64,000 bases of DNA from Polyangiaceae bacterium (GCA_035063585.1 JAPSGB010000003.1:224001-288000), one strand, 5' to 3'. Counted from the first letter of the stretch, positions 42,240-52,529 are shown. Notes: a model not told the origin generated them from the letters alone. Translations and numbers: made by a program.

Positions 42240-42584
42240 TCACTGACCCATGGGCTCTGCGCCGAGGAGCTGCTCGAGCAGCGCGAAGCCCTCGGCCTCC
42301 GCTTCGTCGACCACGCCGTCCGCGGCGATCATCTCCCGGGCGGTCTCCAGGAAGAGCTGACGGTGCTTGCGCGGGATCCGGTTCGGATCGACTCCCTCCG
42401 GCCGTGGCGGCAGCTCGAGCCACTGGCTCACCTGAGCAGCCTCTTCCGGCGAGAGCTCCAGCCGCTTGACGAGCTTGCGGACGAACGAGCGCTCCTCGCG
42501 CTGCACCTGGAGATCCGCCCAAGCGAACGCGCACACGAACTCGAGCAGGAGCATCCGATCGGTCTTCGAGAGCTGAGAGAGCAT
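42240..42584 (-). CDS. TerB-like domain protein
   Basis: AWAD....EE and AADGVVDEAE metal-binding-type motifs. Confidence 0.8.
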   Translation of the reverse strand: MLSQLSKTDRMLLLEFVCAFAWADLQVQREERSFVRKLVKRLELSPEEAAQVSQWLELPPRPEGVDPNRIPRKHRQLFLETAREMIAADGVVDEAEAEGFALLEQLLGAEPMGQ

Positions 42585-42762
42585 CGCCGGTCACGCTAGA
42601 CCAGCCGGGCGGCCCCGGCCAGCCTTCATCCGGCGCTCCTGAGACGGGGGTGACGAGCACGGTAACAACGCGAAACTTCACGGCATGCGCGCCGGGGGCC
42701 GTGACCGGCCCGACCGACCCATTTCGCGTTCGGGGACTTGTGCGCTATCAGGAAACGGAGTC

Positions 42763-43284
42763 GTGCTTCGCCCACTCGCGGTCATCATAGCGGGCATCCT
42801 GCTCGCGCGGCCGAGTCTTCCGAAGGAGGACGCGGAGCGGTTCGCGCGCGTCCTCAGGGACGAGGCTAGCCAGCGAGACTTCGATCCTCTGACCGGCGTC
42901 GCGATCATTCAGCTGGAGAGCGGCTGGATGGCCGAGACGATCTCGGAAAATGGTGAAGACTACGGGCTCGCGCAGATCCGTGCGCGCTACGTAGGCGCCT
43001 GCAAGCGAGATCCGGAGCCGCTCCGGGCCCCGGGCCCGGAGTGCCGCAGAGTCAAGGAGTCTCTGCTCGACCCAGAGGCGAACATCCGGCAGATGGGTAG
43101 GCTCATCACCTTGAACCGGAAGCTCTGCCGGGAGAAGACCGGGAGCGCGAGCCTCCCCCGCTGGCTCGCGAGCTACCAGGGACGCAACGATCCGAAGCGG
43201 GGCAGGTGGTGCCGACCGGGCGAAGACACCTGGAAGGTCATTCGTTATCGAGAAGCGCTCCTCGAGCAGCTCGCTCGGCGCTGA
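42763..43284 (+). CDS. Lytic transglycosylase (SLT-like)
   Basis: AIIQLES (catalytic Glu), YGLAQI, DPEANI, LASY; RBS GGAG before GTG 42763. Confidence 0.72.
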   Translation: MLRPLAVIIAGILLARPSLPKEDAERFARVLRDEASQRDFDPLTGVAIIQLESGWMAETISENGEDYGLAQIRARYVGACKRDPEPLRAPGPECRRVKESLLDPEANIRQMGRLITLNRKLCREKTGSASLPRWLASYQGRNDPKRGRWCRPGEDTWKVIRYREALLEQLARR

Positions 43285-43301
43285 GCCCCGTCTCGAGCGC
43301 C

Positions 43302-44783
43302 TCACGGCTTCTGGGTGTTCGGCTTGAGCCCGGCGGGAAGAAAGAGGACGCTGACCAGCGTGATGAGCGCGAGGAGCGCGCCGATCAGGTAGACCTCATG
43401 GAGCGAGGCGTCGAGGACGCTGGTGAGCTTCGCGAGCAGGGAGCCATCGAGCTTCCCGCGCCTCGAAGGATCCATGAGCGCGTCGATCACGCCAGAGCCC
43501 AGCGCGCCGTCGCTTGCTCGCCGACCGATGCCGAAGTTCAAGACGGCGCCAAAGAGCGCGGTCCCGACCGCTTGCCCAACGATGCGCATGAAGAGGTTGC
43601 TCGAGGTGGCGACCCCGCGCTGCTGCCAGGGAACAGCGGTCTGGATCGACACGAGGAAGGTCGTCGCGCAGTAGCCGAGCCCGGAGCCGGTGACGAACGA
43701 GGCGGCCGCGGCCCAGCCCGCTCCACGCGCTGGCGACAGCGCGGCGAGCATCACGCTGCCGGCCAAGAGGAGCGCGCCCCCGAGCAGCGCCGTGAAGCGA
43801 TACGAGGTGCGGAGCATCAGCGAGCCTGCGATGGTGCTGGAGATGGGCCAGCCGATGCTCATCATGGTGAGCGCGAAGCCGGCCAGCATGGCCGAGCGCG
43901 CCAGCACCCCCTGCACATATATGGGAAGAAACGAGGTGATCGCCATCATCAGCGCGCCGGTGACGAACGCGCCGCCGTTGCCGATCGCGATGATGCGATC
44001 CTTCCAGAGCGTGAGCGGGAGGACGGGCTCCGCGGCACGCCGCTCTTGCCAGAGAAACGCGAGCGCGCCGGCCCCGCCCAGCCCGAAGAGCAGGTAGAGC
44101 GTACCCGGTCGCTCGCGATGGAGGGCCTCCCCTTGGATGAGCCCGAGCATGATGAGCGTGACCGAGCCCATCAGGAGTGCTGCGCCGAGATAGTCGACGC
44201 GGTGCTCGCGATGCGCCACCTCCTCGTGGAGGTTTCTCCCGAGCATCACCATCGACGCAATGCCGACAGGAATGTTGATCCAGAAGCACAGCGACCAGGA
44301 GAGCCTCTCCGCGAACAACGCGCCGAGCGCGGGGCCGAGCACCGACGAGATCCCCCAGACGCTCGAGAGGTAACCTTGGATCTTCGCTCGCTCTTCCGGC
44401 GAGTAGATGTCACCGACGATGGTGGTTGCGATGGGCTGGACGGCGCCGGCTCCGACTCCTTGGACCGCTCGGAGCACGATGAGCTCCTCCATCGAGCGCG
44501 CGAAGCCGCACAGCACCGAACCTACCAGGAAGATGGTGGCGCCGAAGTAGAAGACCGGCTTTCGACCGCGCATGTCGGCGAGCTTCCCGTAGACCGGGAT
44601 GGTCACCGCCTGGGTGAGGAGGAAGATGGCGAACACCCAGCTGAACAGCTGAAAGCCGCCGAGCTCGGCGACGATGGTCGGCATCGCGGTGGCCACGATG
44701 GTCGCCTCCACCGCCGACATGAACATCGCCAGCATCATGGCGGCGAGGACGAGCGGTCGCCGCGTCACCGGCGGGTGAGTCAT
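43302..44783 (-). CDS. MFS multidrug transporter (DHA2/MDR type, 14 TM)
   Basis: EATIVATAMP, YGKLADMRGRK, RAVQGVGAG, FWINIP, ERRAAEP. Confidence 0.93.
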   Translation of the reverse strand: MTHPPVTRRPLVLAAMMLAMFMSAVEATIVATAMPTIVAELGGFQLFSWVFAIFLLTQAVTIPVYGKLADMRGRKPVFYFGATIFLVGSVLCGFARSMEELIVLRAVQGVGAGAVQPIATTIVGDIYSPEERAKIQGYLSSVWGISSVLGPALGALFAERLSWSLCFWINIPVGIASMVMLGRNLHEEVAHREHRVDYLGAALLMGSVTLIMLGLIQGEALHRERPGTLYLLFGLGGAGALAFLWQERRAAEPVLPLTLWKDRIIAIGNGGAFVTGALMMAITSFLPIYVQGVLARSAMLAGFALTMMSIGWPISSTIAGSLMLRTSYRFTALLGGALLLAGSVMLAALSPARGAGWAAAASFVTGSGLGYCATTFLVSIQTAVPWQQRGVATSSNLFMRIVGQAVGTALFGAVLNFGIGRRASDGALGSGVIDALMDPSRRGKLDGSLLAKLTSVLDASLHEVYLIGALLALITLVSVLFLPAGLKPNTQKP

Positions 44784-44869
44784 CGACCCTGCCCACATTG
44801 GCGCACATCGCGCGCGGGAGCCTTCGGCCCCATACTCGGCCTTTCGAGAGCGAGCCGAGGTTTAGCGCG

Positions 44870-45838
44870 ATGGATCTCACGAAGATGCTGGAGAAGTGTC
44901 ACCGAGGACAGTGGAAGGTGGGGGACCTCGACTGGTCGGGAACACCGCGCCCCATGTCCGAGGACGACGAGCGCGCCGTCGTCCAGTACTTCACGGACAT
45001 GGCCGGCATCGAGCGCCTCGCCGGAGCGCTCTTTGCCGAGCAGGAGAAGCAAGCCGAAGAGCCGGTCCTCCGCGAGATCTTTGCTTCCTTCGTGACCGAT
45101 GAGATTCGCCATTCGCACGCGGCTCAGATGCTGGCCGATTACTACAACGTCCACCGGTTCAAGGTCTACCAGCCGAACCCCGCGCTCGTGAAGTTCACCC
45201 CTCACTTCGTCGACGCCATCAAGTACCTCTCGCCGGACGTCGCCAACGCGTACATCACCGCGGGCGAGCTCATCCTCGACGTCGCGTTGCTCCGTTCGCT
45301 GAACGATCACGTGGGAGACGCCATGAGCCACCAGGCGATGGAGCTCATCAACCGAGACGAGTCTCGGCACATCGCCGTCGATTTTCACATGGTCGAGTAC
45401 TATTCGTCGAAGGAATACGCCGAGAAGTTGAAGCGAGCGTCCGCGCCAACCATCGCGGAGCGTGCTCGGGCGACCTGGGTCTTCGGGAACGTGCTCTACT
45501 ACGCGGCGCCTTTTTTTCGCGACGTCTTCTTCGAGCCCATGCGTCGTGTCGATCCGTCGGGGCGGCGGCTGAAGGAGGCGTTCAAGCGGATGCAGCTCAT
45601 CGCGTCGAGGCCGACCGATCGCGAGAGCCCGCTCATGGCCGCCATGTTGACCCTCCAGGACCTCTATAACGATCACCCGGTCGCGCGCGCCATCGCGGGG
45701 CCCGCCATCGAGCGCATCATGGGCATCGACGGGAGCGTCATCATGCGGCTTTATACCGAGGCTGAGAAGCAGCATGCCCAGCGGATGAGCTTCGATGAGC
45801 TCGCCGAGGATGCGCTCGCGGCCAAGTACGCGAACTGA
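44870..45838 (+). CDS. Ferritin-like diiron enzyme (AurF/acyl-ACP desaturase-like)
   Basis: QW..DLDW start; E, DEIRH, E, DESRH diiron ligands. Confidence 0.8.
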   Translation: MDLTKMLEKCHRGQWKVGDLDWSGTPRPMSEDDERAVVQYFTDMAGIERLAGALFAEQEKQAEEPVLREIFASFVTDEIRHSHAAQMLADYYNVHRFKVYQPNPALVKFTPHFVDAIKYLSPDVANAYITAGELILDVALLRSLNDHVGDAMSHQAMELINRDESRHIAVDFHMVEYYSSKEYAEKLKRASAPTIAERARATWVFGNVLYYAAPFFRDVFFEPMRRVDPSGRRLKEAFKRMQLIASRPTDRESPLMAAMLTLQDLYNDHPVARAIAGPAIERIMGIDGSVIMRLYTEAEKQHAQRMSFDELAEDALAAKYAN

Positions 45839-45873
45839 CCATCTTGCGGGGCGACGTCACGGAGGTGGCGCCG

Positions 45874-46242
45874 TCATGGGTCACGACGCCACAGTCGGAG
45901 CACCAGCCGGACGTAGCCGGCCTCGAGCGCGAGGACCCACACGAGAAAGAGCGCGAGCTCGACTCCGCCTGGCGCATGCAACTGCCATACGTCGAGCCCG
46001 ACGGCGAGCGCGGTCGCGGTGATGAACGCGAAGACGACGCCTCCGACCAGCGCGATGTGGAGGGCTAGCCTCGAAGGCGCGGACTTCCCCTGGCGCAGGA
46101 GCGCGAGCGTGGCCCACGCCCCGCCGCCCGCTACGAACGGGAGGCTGAGCGTCAGCCAGATTTTCAGACACTCGACGCTCGCCAGGGGGTGCCGGCAGGC
46201 GAGCTCTGCGGCGGGAGACGAGTGGGCGAAGAGACTGAACAT
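45874..46242 (-). CDS. Small hypothetical membrane protein
   Basis: Three hydrophobic segments; fills the gap between neighbouring genes. Confidence 0.55.
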   Translation of the reverse strand: MFSLFAHSSPAAELACRHPLASVECLKIWLTLSLPFVAGGGAWATLALLRQGKSAPSRLALHIALVGGVVFAFITATALAVGLDVWQLHAPGGVELALFLVWVLALEAGYVRLVLRLWRRDP

Positions 46243-46306
46243 CGAGCGTGGGGTGCCTGGCGTGATGAGCTAGGGTGCGCTCTCGGAGAAGGGAGAGGAG
46301 TCTTAC

Positions 46307-46501
46307 ATGAGCCTGGAAGAGCGCGTCGTCGACTTGGAGATCCGCTACACCCACTACGAGCGACTGACGGAGGAGCTGAGCGGGGTTCTCTATGAGCAGC
46401 AGCGAGCTCTCGCCGCGCTCGCGGTGCGCGTCAAGTCGCTCGAGGAGCGCGTGCGGGCGCTCGCCGACGAGCCCGGGGACGCGCCGCCGCCGCACTACTG
46501 A
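46307..46501 (+). CDS. slyX: SlyX family protein
   Basis: LEERVVDLE..EL...QQ..C-terminal PPPHY; strong RBS. Confidence 0.92.
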   Translation: MSLEERVVDLEIRYTHYERLTEELSGVLYEQQRALAALAVRVKSLEERVRALADEPGDAPPPHY

Positions 46502-46532
46502 GCACTCGCCGCGCGAGCTCGACGATGACGGG

Positions 46533-47516
46533 CTATACGAGCCCGCGGCCTCGAAAGTAGTCGATCGCGTCTCGGATCGTCTCGCCGACCGGACGGAACG
46601 TCGCGCCGAGCTCGTGGATGGCCTTGGCGTTCGTGTAGTAGGAAGCCTTGAGGCTGTACTCGAAGAAGCTGAGTGACAAGAGCGGCTCCTTGCCGGTGCG
46701 GCGCGCGGAGCGGTCCATCGCCACGATGGCGGAGCGCGCGACCGCGACCGGGAGCCTCAAGTAACGACGAGAGCGCCCGGCGGCGCGATCGATGGCCTGC
46801 AGCAGCTCGAGGTTCGAGAGGTTATGCGCGGTCGCGATGTACATCTCACCGGCTCTTCCCTTCTCGTCGGCGAGCACATGCGCGAGCGCCGCGTCGCGCA
46901 CGTCCACGTAGCTCGCGCCACCATCCATGTAGACCGGCGGCCCCCCCTTCAGCGAGTTGATGATGAGCTTTCCGCTCGGGGTCGGACTGATGTCTCCCGG
47001 TCCGAACACGATGCCAGGACACACGATGCGGACGTCGAGCCCCCACCCGGCGAAATCCTGCGCGAGCTTCCGGCTGTGATACTTCGCCCGGCTATAGGCG
47101 AAATCGAGATCCCACGCCTCGTACGCCGTCGCTTCGTCTCCGAGCGCGCCGGGCGCCGGGCGACCGAGCGACGCGATGCTGGCGGTATAGATGACGCGCT
47201 TTCCCGCGCGCCGCGCGGCCTCGAGCACGTTGAAGGTGCCCGACAGGTTCACATCGTACATGAGCGTCGGATCGGGCATCCACGCCTTGTAGATGGCGGC
47301 AGCGTGATACACCGTATCCACGCCCTCGACCGCGCGAGTCACCGCGTCGCGGTCGAGCACGTCGCCGCGCACGAGCTCGGCGTCAATCGAGCCCAGGTTG
47401 TCGGCGGGCTCGTTCGGCAGCGCCAGCACGCGGCTCTCGACCCCGCGCGCGTCGAGCGCGCGCACGATCGCGCTCCCGAGAAATCCGCAGCCGCCCGTGA
47501 CCAGCGCCTTCGACAT
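46533..47516 (-). CDS. NAD-dependent epimerase/dehydratase (HpnA/DFR-like extended SDR)
   Basis: TGGCGFLG, HAAA, YSRAK, GPGD. Confidence 0.92.
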   Translation of the reverse strand: MSKALVTGGCGFLGSAIVRALDARGVESRVLALPNEPADNLGSIDAELVRGDVLDRDAVTRAVEGVDTVYHAAAIYKAWMPDPTLMYDVNLSGTFNVLEAARRAGKRVIYTASIASLGRPAPGALGDEATAYEAWDLDFAYSRAKYHSRKLAQDFAGWGLDVRIVCPGIVFGPGDISPTPSGKLIINSLKGGPPVYMDGGASYVDVRDAALAHVLADEKGRAGEMYIATAHNLSNLELLQAIDRAAGRSRRYLRLPVAVARSAIVAMDRSARRTGKEPLLSLSFFEYSLKASYYTNAKAIHELGATFRPVGETIRDAIDYFRGRGLV

Positions 47517-47617
47517 TGCGGGCCGGAGGATAGCGTGCTCTCCGCCAGCTTGGAAAGCCCGCGCCGAGGCGTGCCGGGCGCTCGGCTCTAAGCGTGAACC
47601 CGCGCGTCCCCTAAAGT

Positions 47618-48997
47618 ATGCTGCCGGCCACCATGACTCAGGTTCTCGACTGGGCGGCGATCGGCGAGGAGGCCGTTGGCTGGTTCAAGGCATTGCTTCG
47701 CCTCGACACCACGAACCCGCCGGGAAACGAGCGACTGGCGGCCGACTTCATCACGGGGATCTTGGACCGCGAGGGGATCCCCTACGAGGTTCACGAGAGC
47801 GAACCCGGTCGGGCGAGCGTCGTTGCGCGCCTCACCGGCAGTGGCAAGCAGGGGCCGCTGCTCCTGAACGGACACCTCGACGTGGTCCCCGCCGACGCCG
47901 AGGCGTGGAAGTACCCGCCGTTCTCGGCGACCGAGGCCGAGGGGTGCATCTGGGGTCGCGGCGCGGTCGACATGAAGAACATGGTCACCATGAGCTTGAT
48001 GTCGCTCGTGCTCCTCAAGCGCCAGGGGCTCGCGCTCGAGCGCGACGTGATCCTCGCCTGCGTGGCCGACGAGGAGGCCGGCTCGACCAAGGGAGCGCTC
48101 TACCTCGTCGAGGAGCATCCGGACTTGGTGCGGGCGGAGTACGTGCTGAACGAGGTGGGCGGCCACACGCTCCACCTCGGAAGAGAGCGATTTTACCCGA
48201 TCCAGGTGAGTGAGAAGGGGATCTGCTGGTTCGAGATGGTCGCGACGGGGGAGCCCGGGCACGGCTCGATGCCGCACGGGAAGAACGCGGTGGTCCGGCT
48301 GGCGCGCGCCATCGCAGCGCTCGGCTCGTCACGCCTTCCGCAGCACGTCACGCCAGTAGTGGACGGATTTCTCCGCACGCTCGCGCGCGGCGCCCCGTTC
48401 CCCCAGAACCTGGCGATGCCGCTCCTGCTCGAGCCGCGGCTGGCCGGGTACCTGCTCGACGTGATGGATCGCGCGAACCCGAGCCAGGCCATGGGCATCA
48501 ACGCCATGCTGCGGAACACGGCCTCGCCGACCATGCTCGAAGCGGGAAGAAAGGTGAACGTGATCCCGTCGAGCGCCAGCGCGCGGATCGATGGGCGGAT
48601 CATCCCGGGCCAAGGCGTGGAGCAGTTTCTTGCGGAGATAGCGCGTGTAGTCGGTGACGACATCACGCTGAACATCCTCACCCAGCATGACGGGACTACC
48701 TTCTCGTCGGACACGCCGCTCTACGAGACGATCCGCGGCGTCCTCGCGCGGCACGATCCGGGCGCCATGCCCGTCCCCTACATGATCCCCGGGTTCACCG
48801 ACTCGTTCGCCTACGCGCGGCTCGGTGCGACCTGCTACGGGTTCTCGCCCGTGAGACTCGGCCCAGAGCTCGATTTCACCCGCATGTATCACGGGCACGA
48901 CGAGCGGATCCCGCGCGACGGCTTCACGTGGGGGGTCCGTGTGCTCTACGAGGTGGTGAGCGAGTTCTGCGCCGCGCGCTCCTCTGCGTCGGCGTAG
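47618..48997 (+). CDS. M20 family metallopeptidase/aminoacylase
   Basis: NPPGNE, GHLDVVP, GRGAVDMK, DEEAG, NE, GHGS, FTD, HGHDE. Confidence 0.93.
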   Translation: MLPATMTQVLDWAAIGEEAVGWFKALLRLDTTNPPGNERLAADFITGILDREGIPYEVHESEPGRASVVARLTGSGKQGPLLLNGHLDVVPADAEAWKYPPFSATEAEGCIWGRGAVDMKNMVTMSLMSLVLLKRQGLALERDVILACVADEEAGSTKGALYLVEEHPDLVRAEYVLNEVGGHTLHLGRERFYPIQVSEKGICWFEMVATGEPGHGSMPHGKNAVVRLARAIAALGSSRLPQHVTPVVDGFLRTLARGAPFPQNLAMPLLLEPRLAGYLLDVMDRANPSQAMGINAMLRNTASPTMLEAGRKVNVIPSSASARIDGRIIPGQGVEQFLAEIARVVGDDITLNILTQHDGTTFSSDTPLYETIRGVLARHDPGAMPVPYMIPGFTDSFAYARLGATCYGFSPVRLGPELDFTRMYHGHDERIPRDGFTWGVRVLYEVVSEFCAARSSASA

Positions 48998-49003
48998 CGC
49001 CGC

Positions 49004-49321
49004 TCAGGCCGCGTGTCGCGACTCGGGCACGATCAAGGGCAACCCCGACGCTTCGCACTCGGCGTACAGCAGCATCTCGCAGGGCAGCTCGAATGCGCCG
49101 CCGAGCTCGCGCCAGAGCAGGCGCGCTGCGGCGCACACCTCGGCCAAGGTCGGGATCGGGCTCGGGAGCGGCTGCACGCGACATCGCGCGCGCGCGAGGC
49201 GATACGCGGCGAGCGCCACGCCGCCTGCGTCGTCGAGGAGCCACCGGTACGGCCTACGTCCTTCTTGGAGCGAGCGCAGCCACTCGGTGGGTCGCTCCAG
49301 TTCCTCGGTGTTTCGCGCCAT
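49004..49321 (-). CDS. Hypothetical protein
   Basis: RBS GGAGG before ATG 49321; non-shadow composition. Confidence 0.65.
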   Translation of the reverse strand: MARNTEELERPTEWLRSLQEGRRPYRWLLDDAGGVALAAYRLARARCRVQPLPSPIPTLAEVCAAARLLWRELGGAFELPCEMLLYAECEASGLPLIVPESRHAA

Positions 49322-49489
49322 GAGTCCTCCACTCTCCGACACGCTCGGCGTGCGGATGCTTGGCTCCCGTACTCCTGCTCGGGCGCGGTCAGCTGGGCTC
49401 ACGCGCGCCCTTCGCGGCTCGACCGCTCGGTCTCGAGTCTCCGCCTCCTCTCCACATGCAGCGCGCCGGACCGAGCGGCCAACTTTTCG

Positions 49490-51598
49490 TCAGTGGCCGT
49501 CGCGGTTTCGCTCGTCGATTCGCCGCAACCCCTCGAGGATCAGGCTCTCTGCGCTCGCCTGGATGGTGCACTCGGGGGGCTGGAACGAGGGCTCCAGCGT
49601 AAAGCTGCCCTCGGTGAACCCGAGCAGCTCGTAGAACGCCTCCGCGCCTGCGAGGGAGCCCGCGGTCGCGTGGACGACGCGACCCTCGAGCAAGTGGACC
49701 TCACCCTCCCGCGAGCCCGAGCGCAAGGTGAGCCGCCCGCTCTTGCGGCTCTGCCCGAGGATCTGCGTGAGATCCGGTAAGCTCATGTCCGAGAGCGAGC
49801 CGGCGACGCCGGCGCTCACGTCGCGCCGCGAGCGCGGCGGCGCGGTGAGCCGCCTGAGCTTGCCAGCGAGCACGTCGCCGCTGGTCGGCTTGACCACGTA
49901 GTCTTGCGCGCCGATGGCGAAGCCGCGATCGATGCTCGCGGTGTCCGACGCGCGCGCGACGAAGAAGAACGGCAAGTCGCGCGTGCTGCTGCCTTCGCGC
50001 AGGCGCGCGAGCAGCTCGAACCCATCGTAGGGCTCGAGCTCCGTCTCCGAGAGCACGTAGCCGATCGTCCCCGACTCCGCGATGGCGAGCGCGTCGCTCG
50101 AGCTGCGCGCCACGAGCACCTCGAACCCCTGCGCGACCAGCCGGAGCTCGAGCACCGTCGCCTCCTCGAGGTTCGGCTCGACGAGCAGCACCTGCGGCAC
50201 GCTACCGGCGAGCTTTTTCCGTAGATCCTCCCCGGTGACCAAGAGCGACAAGTGCGCGACCAGCTCCGGATCGAAGAGCGTCCCCTTGAGCTTGTCGACG
50301 ACGGTGAGCGCCTCGGCGTGGTCGAGCAGGCGCCGGTAGGGGTTGCGGGGGTTCTGCGTCAGGTCGGAGTACGTGTCGCAGATGGAGAGGACTCGCGCGC
50401 CGAGCGGGATGCCGTTGCCCGAGAGCCGAGCGGGGAAACCTTGCCCGTCCCAGCGCTCGTACATGGCGGCGACGGAGGAGGTCGAGGCGCTCGGCAACGC
50501 GACGCTCTCGAGCAGCCGCACCGGGGTCTGCGCGAGCTTCTCGGCGGCGCTGCGGTGGGTCGCGTACTGCGCCACGTTCAGCGCGGTCAGGTGGTAGGCG
50601 ACCGGCTTACCGATGTCGTGCAGGTTACCGGCGAGGCTCAGCTCGATTTGACCGAGCTCGTCGAGCCCCACGCGCCGGCCGAGCTCGCGTCCGAGCCGCG
50701 CGACCGAGGCGGAGTGCCCGCGGAACTCGTCCCGCGAGCTCTCGTTCAACGCCACCATCACGCTCAGCATCTCCGCGAGATCGACCAGTCGTCGATCGGG
50801 GCCGCCGCGCGCCCGCGGCTGGGTCTCCCGCGACGCGACGAGCAATGCCGGCGGAGGTTCGATGGTCATGGGCGCCGTCACGCTGCGCGGTGAGCGTGCC
50901 GGCGCTTCGGCCGCGCTCCGAGTGCGAGTCGTCGGCTGACCCGGAGCGGCCGCCTCGTTCGTGGCGACGCCGCCCGGCGCGGGCGTCAGGAAGTACTCCT
51001 GCGCCGGCGCCTCGAGCTCGAGGGCCGGCGCCCCGGGTGGTCGCTTCGCGCGTGGGCGGTCGCCTTGGGTGAGGCCGCGCTCGCTGAAGTCGAGGTTGCC
51101 GTGGAGCTGCGTGAACGTGTCGGGGGCGATCTCGGAGAACGACTGGATCTCGCCCCCGTACCACTTGCGGATGAGCGCTCTTACCGCGGCTGGACGCGCA
51201 ACGTACGTCTTCACGCTCTTCGCGCCGGTGGCGATGGCGAGTTGCTTGATGAGCTCTGGGTTCCCGGCGTCCGGCGCGACGAAGGAGAGCGTCTGCGACG
51301 CGTCGTCGAAGCGCACCGGGAAGGCGAGGAGCTTCTCCGCGGTTCGCACCGGCACCAGGCGCAGGAGGCGGTCGTGGATCTGCGAGGTGGAGAGCTTCGA
51401 GGTCGGCACGTACCCGGTCTGGCTCTTCTCGGCGACGAACTTCAGGAGCGCTGCCTCACCGATCGCGCCGACCCGCAGCAGCGCCTCCTCCATGCGCTCG
51501 CCATGGAGCTTCATGTTGGCTCGCGCCGTCGCGTAGTCCTCTTGCGAAATGAGCCCCTCCGCTCGCAATCGCTCGCCGATCCAGGTGGGCGACCACAT
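49490..51598 (-). CDS. Multidomain signalling protein: MshEN-like, HD-GYP-like, receiver-like, DUF4388
   Basis: IGERLRAEGLIS; HS..HDIGK..ERWDGQGFP..IPLGAR..D.Y; LLVEPN..KP; GSLSDMSLPDLTQ. Confidence 0.88.
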   Translation of the reverse strand: MWSPTWIGERLRAEGLISQEDYATARANMKLHGERMEEALLRVGAIGEAALLKFVAEKSQTGYVPTSKLSTSQIHDRLLRLVPVRTAEKLLAFPVRFDDASQTLSFVAPDAGNPELIKQLAIATGAKSVKTYVARPAAVRALIRKWYGGEIQSFSEIAPDTFTQLHGNLDFSERGLTQGDRPRAKRPPGAPALELEAPAQEYFLTPAPGGVATNEAAAPGQPTTRTRSAAEAPARSPRSVTAPMTIEPPPALLVASRETQPRARGGPDRRLVDLAEMLSVMVALNESSRDEFRGHSASVARLGRELGRRVGLDELGQIELSLAGNLHDIGKPVAYHLTALNVAQYATHRSAAEKLAQTPVRLLESVALPSASTSSVAAMYERWDGQGFPARLSGNGIPLGARVLSICDTYSDLTQNPRNPYRRLLDHAEALTVVDKLKGTLFDPELVAHLSLLVTGEDLRKKLAGSVPQVLLVEPNLEEATVLELRLVAQGFEVLVARSSSDALAIAESGTIGYVLSETELEPYDGFELLARLREGSSTRDLPFFFVARASDTASIDRGFAIGAQDYVVKPTSGDVLAGKLRRLTAPPRSRRDVSAGVAGSLSDMSLPDLTQILGQSRKSGRLTLRSGSREGEVHLLEGRVVHATAGSLAGAEAFYELLGFTEGSFTLEPSFQPPECTIQASAESLILEGLRRIDERNRDGH

Positions 51599-51707
51599 CG
51601 AAGCGAATGCTCGGATCCACCGCGCCTCGCGTCAACCGCGCTCGCTGGCGCAGGTGATGCGCCGGCGCATCCGACACTTGACTACCTTCGCGCACGCGGG
51701 CGGCGGC

Positions 51708-52361
51708 TCAGAAGAGGATGCTCACGCCGGCCGAGACGTACGGGGTGCCGAGTCGCACGGTCGCGCCCACGGTGTCCGAGAACATGAAGCGCGCGCCGAG
51801 CCACAAGACCGGCTCGAGATCCGTCGAGCTCGTGCTCCCATCGCAGACGCCGTTCGGCCCGCAGCGCGGGTCGAGATAGCGGTAGTCCCAGCGGCTGTGC
51901 TCGATGGCGAGGCCAGGCTCACCGAACACGCTGATCACTTTGGTCAAGTAGAAGTTCCACTTGAGGACCACGGGAACCCAGAAGTCATTGCCTCTGCACT
52001 GATCGTCGGGGACCGGTCCGCCGTTCCAGCGATAGTCGCCCCAGCCCCAGCAATTCCCGCTGAAATGCGCCCAGTCGAGCCCGACGCCGATGGCCATGTC
52101 GTTGTTGATCTTGGGGATCGGGCCGTTGCCGAGGAACGGGATGTTCACGCGCGCACCGAGCCCGTAGCCGTCGGTGGCGAGCAGGCGATAGGACCACTGG
52201 AGGAGGAGGTGCGGCTCGAGCTCGACCGAATACTTCGGGTGGTTGCCGGGCTCCTTGATCTGGGCTCCGGCCGGGGCCGCAGCGAGCAGCGTGCCAGCGA
52301 AGGCCGCGACCGCCGCAACCATCGACACGAGCATGCGTGAGCTGGTCGTTCGAGAGGTCAT
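51708..52361 (-). CDS. Probable outer-membrane beta-barrel protein
   Basis: Signal peptide ending AGA; amphipathic aromatic strands; terminal Phe. Start could be 52334. Confidence 0.65.
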   Translation of the reverse strand: MTSRTTSSRMLVSMVAAVAAFAGTLLAAAPAGAQIKEPGNHPKYSVELEPHLLLQWSYRLLATDGYGLGARVNIPFLGNGPIPKINNDMAIGVGLDWAHFSGNCWGWGDYRWNGGPVPDDQCRGNDFWVPVVLKWNFYLTKVISVFGEPGLAIEHSRWDYRYLDPRCGPNGVCDGSTSSTDLEPVLWLGARFMFSDTVGATVRLGTPYVSAGVSILF

Positions 52362-52529
52362 GTTCCGGCTAGTACTAGACCACCTGCTGGCGGTCGGGAA
52401 CGGCCATCCGGCGCGGCGGCGGCGCGCGACCTCGGCTCGATGGCCGGTGCCGCGCCAGGGCGACGTCGCGGAGGGCTGCGCCCGAGGGGGAGCGGTCCCG
52501 CGCCGAACCGACCACCACCCGATGGCGGC

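Noticed and set aside
42240..42584. Tellurite-resistance or anti-phage ter operon
   Set aside because: A single TerB-like gene with no other ter genes
52281..52296. Sigma-54-like TGGCACG-N6-CGCT on the minus strand (a similar match lies at ~30753 on plus)
   Set aside because: Inside coding regions, weak -12 element and no downstream start to serve; likely chance at high GC
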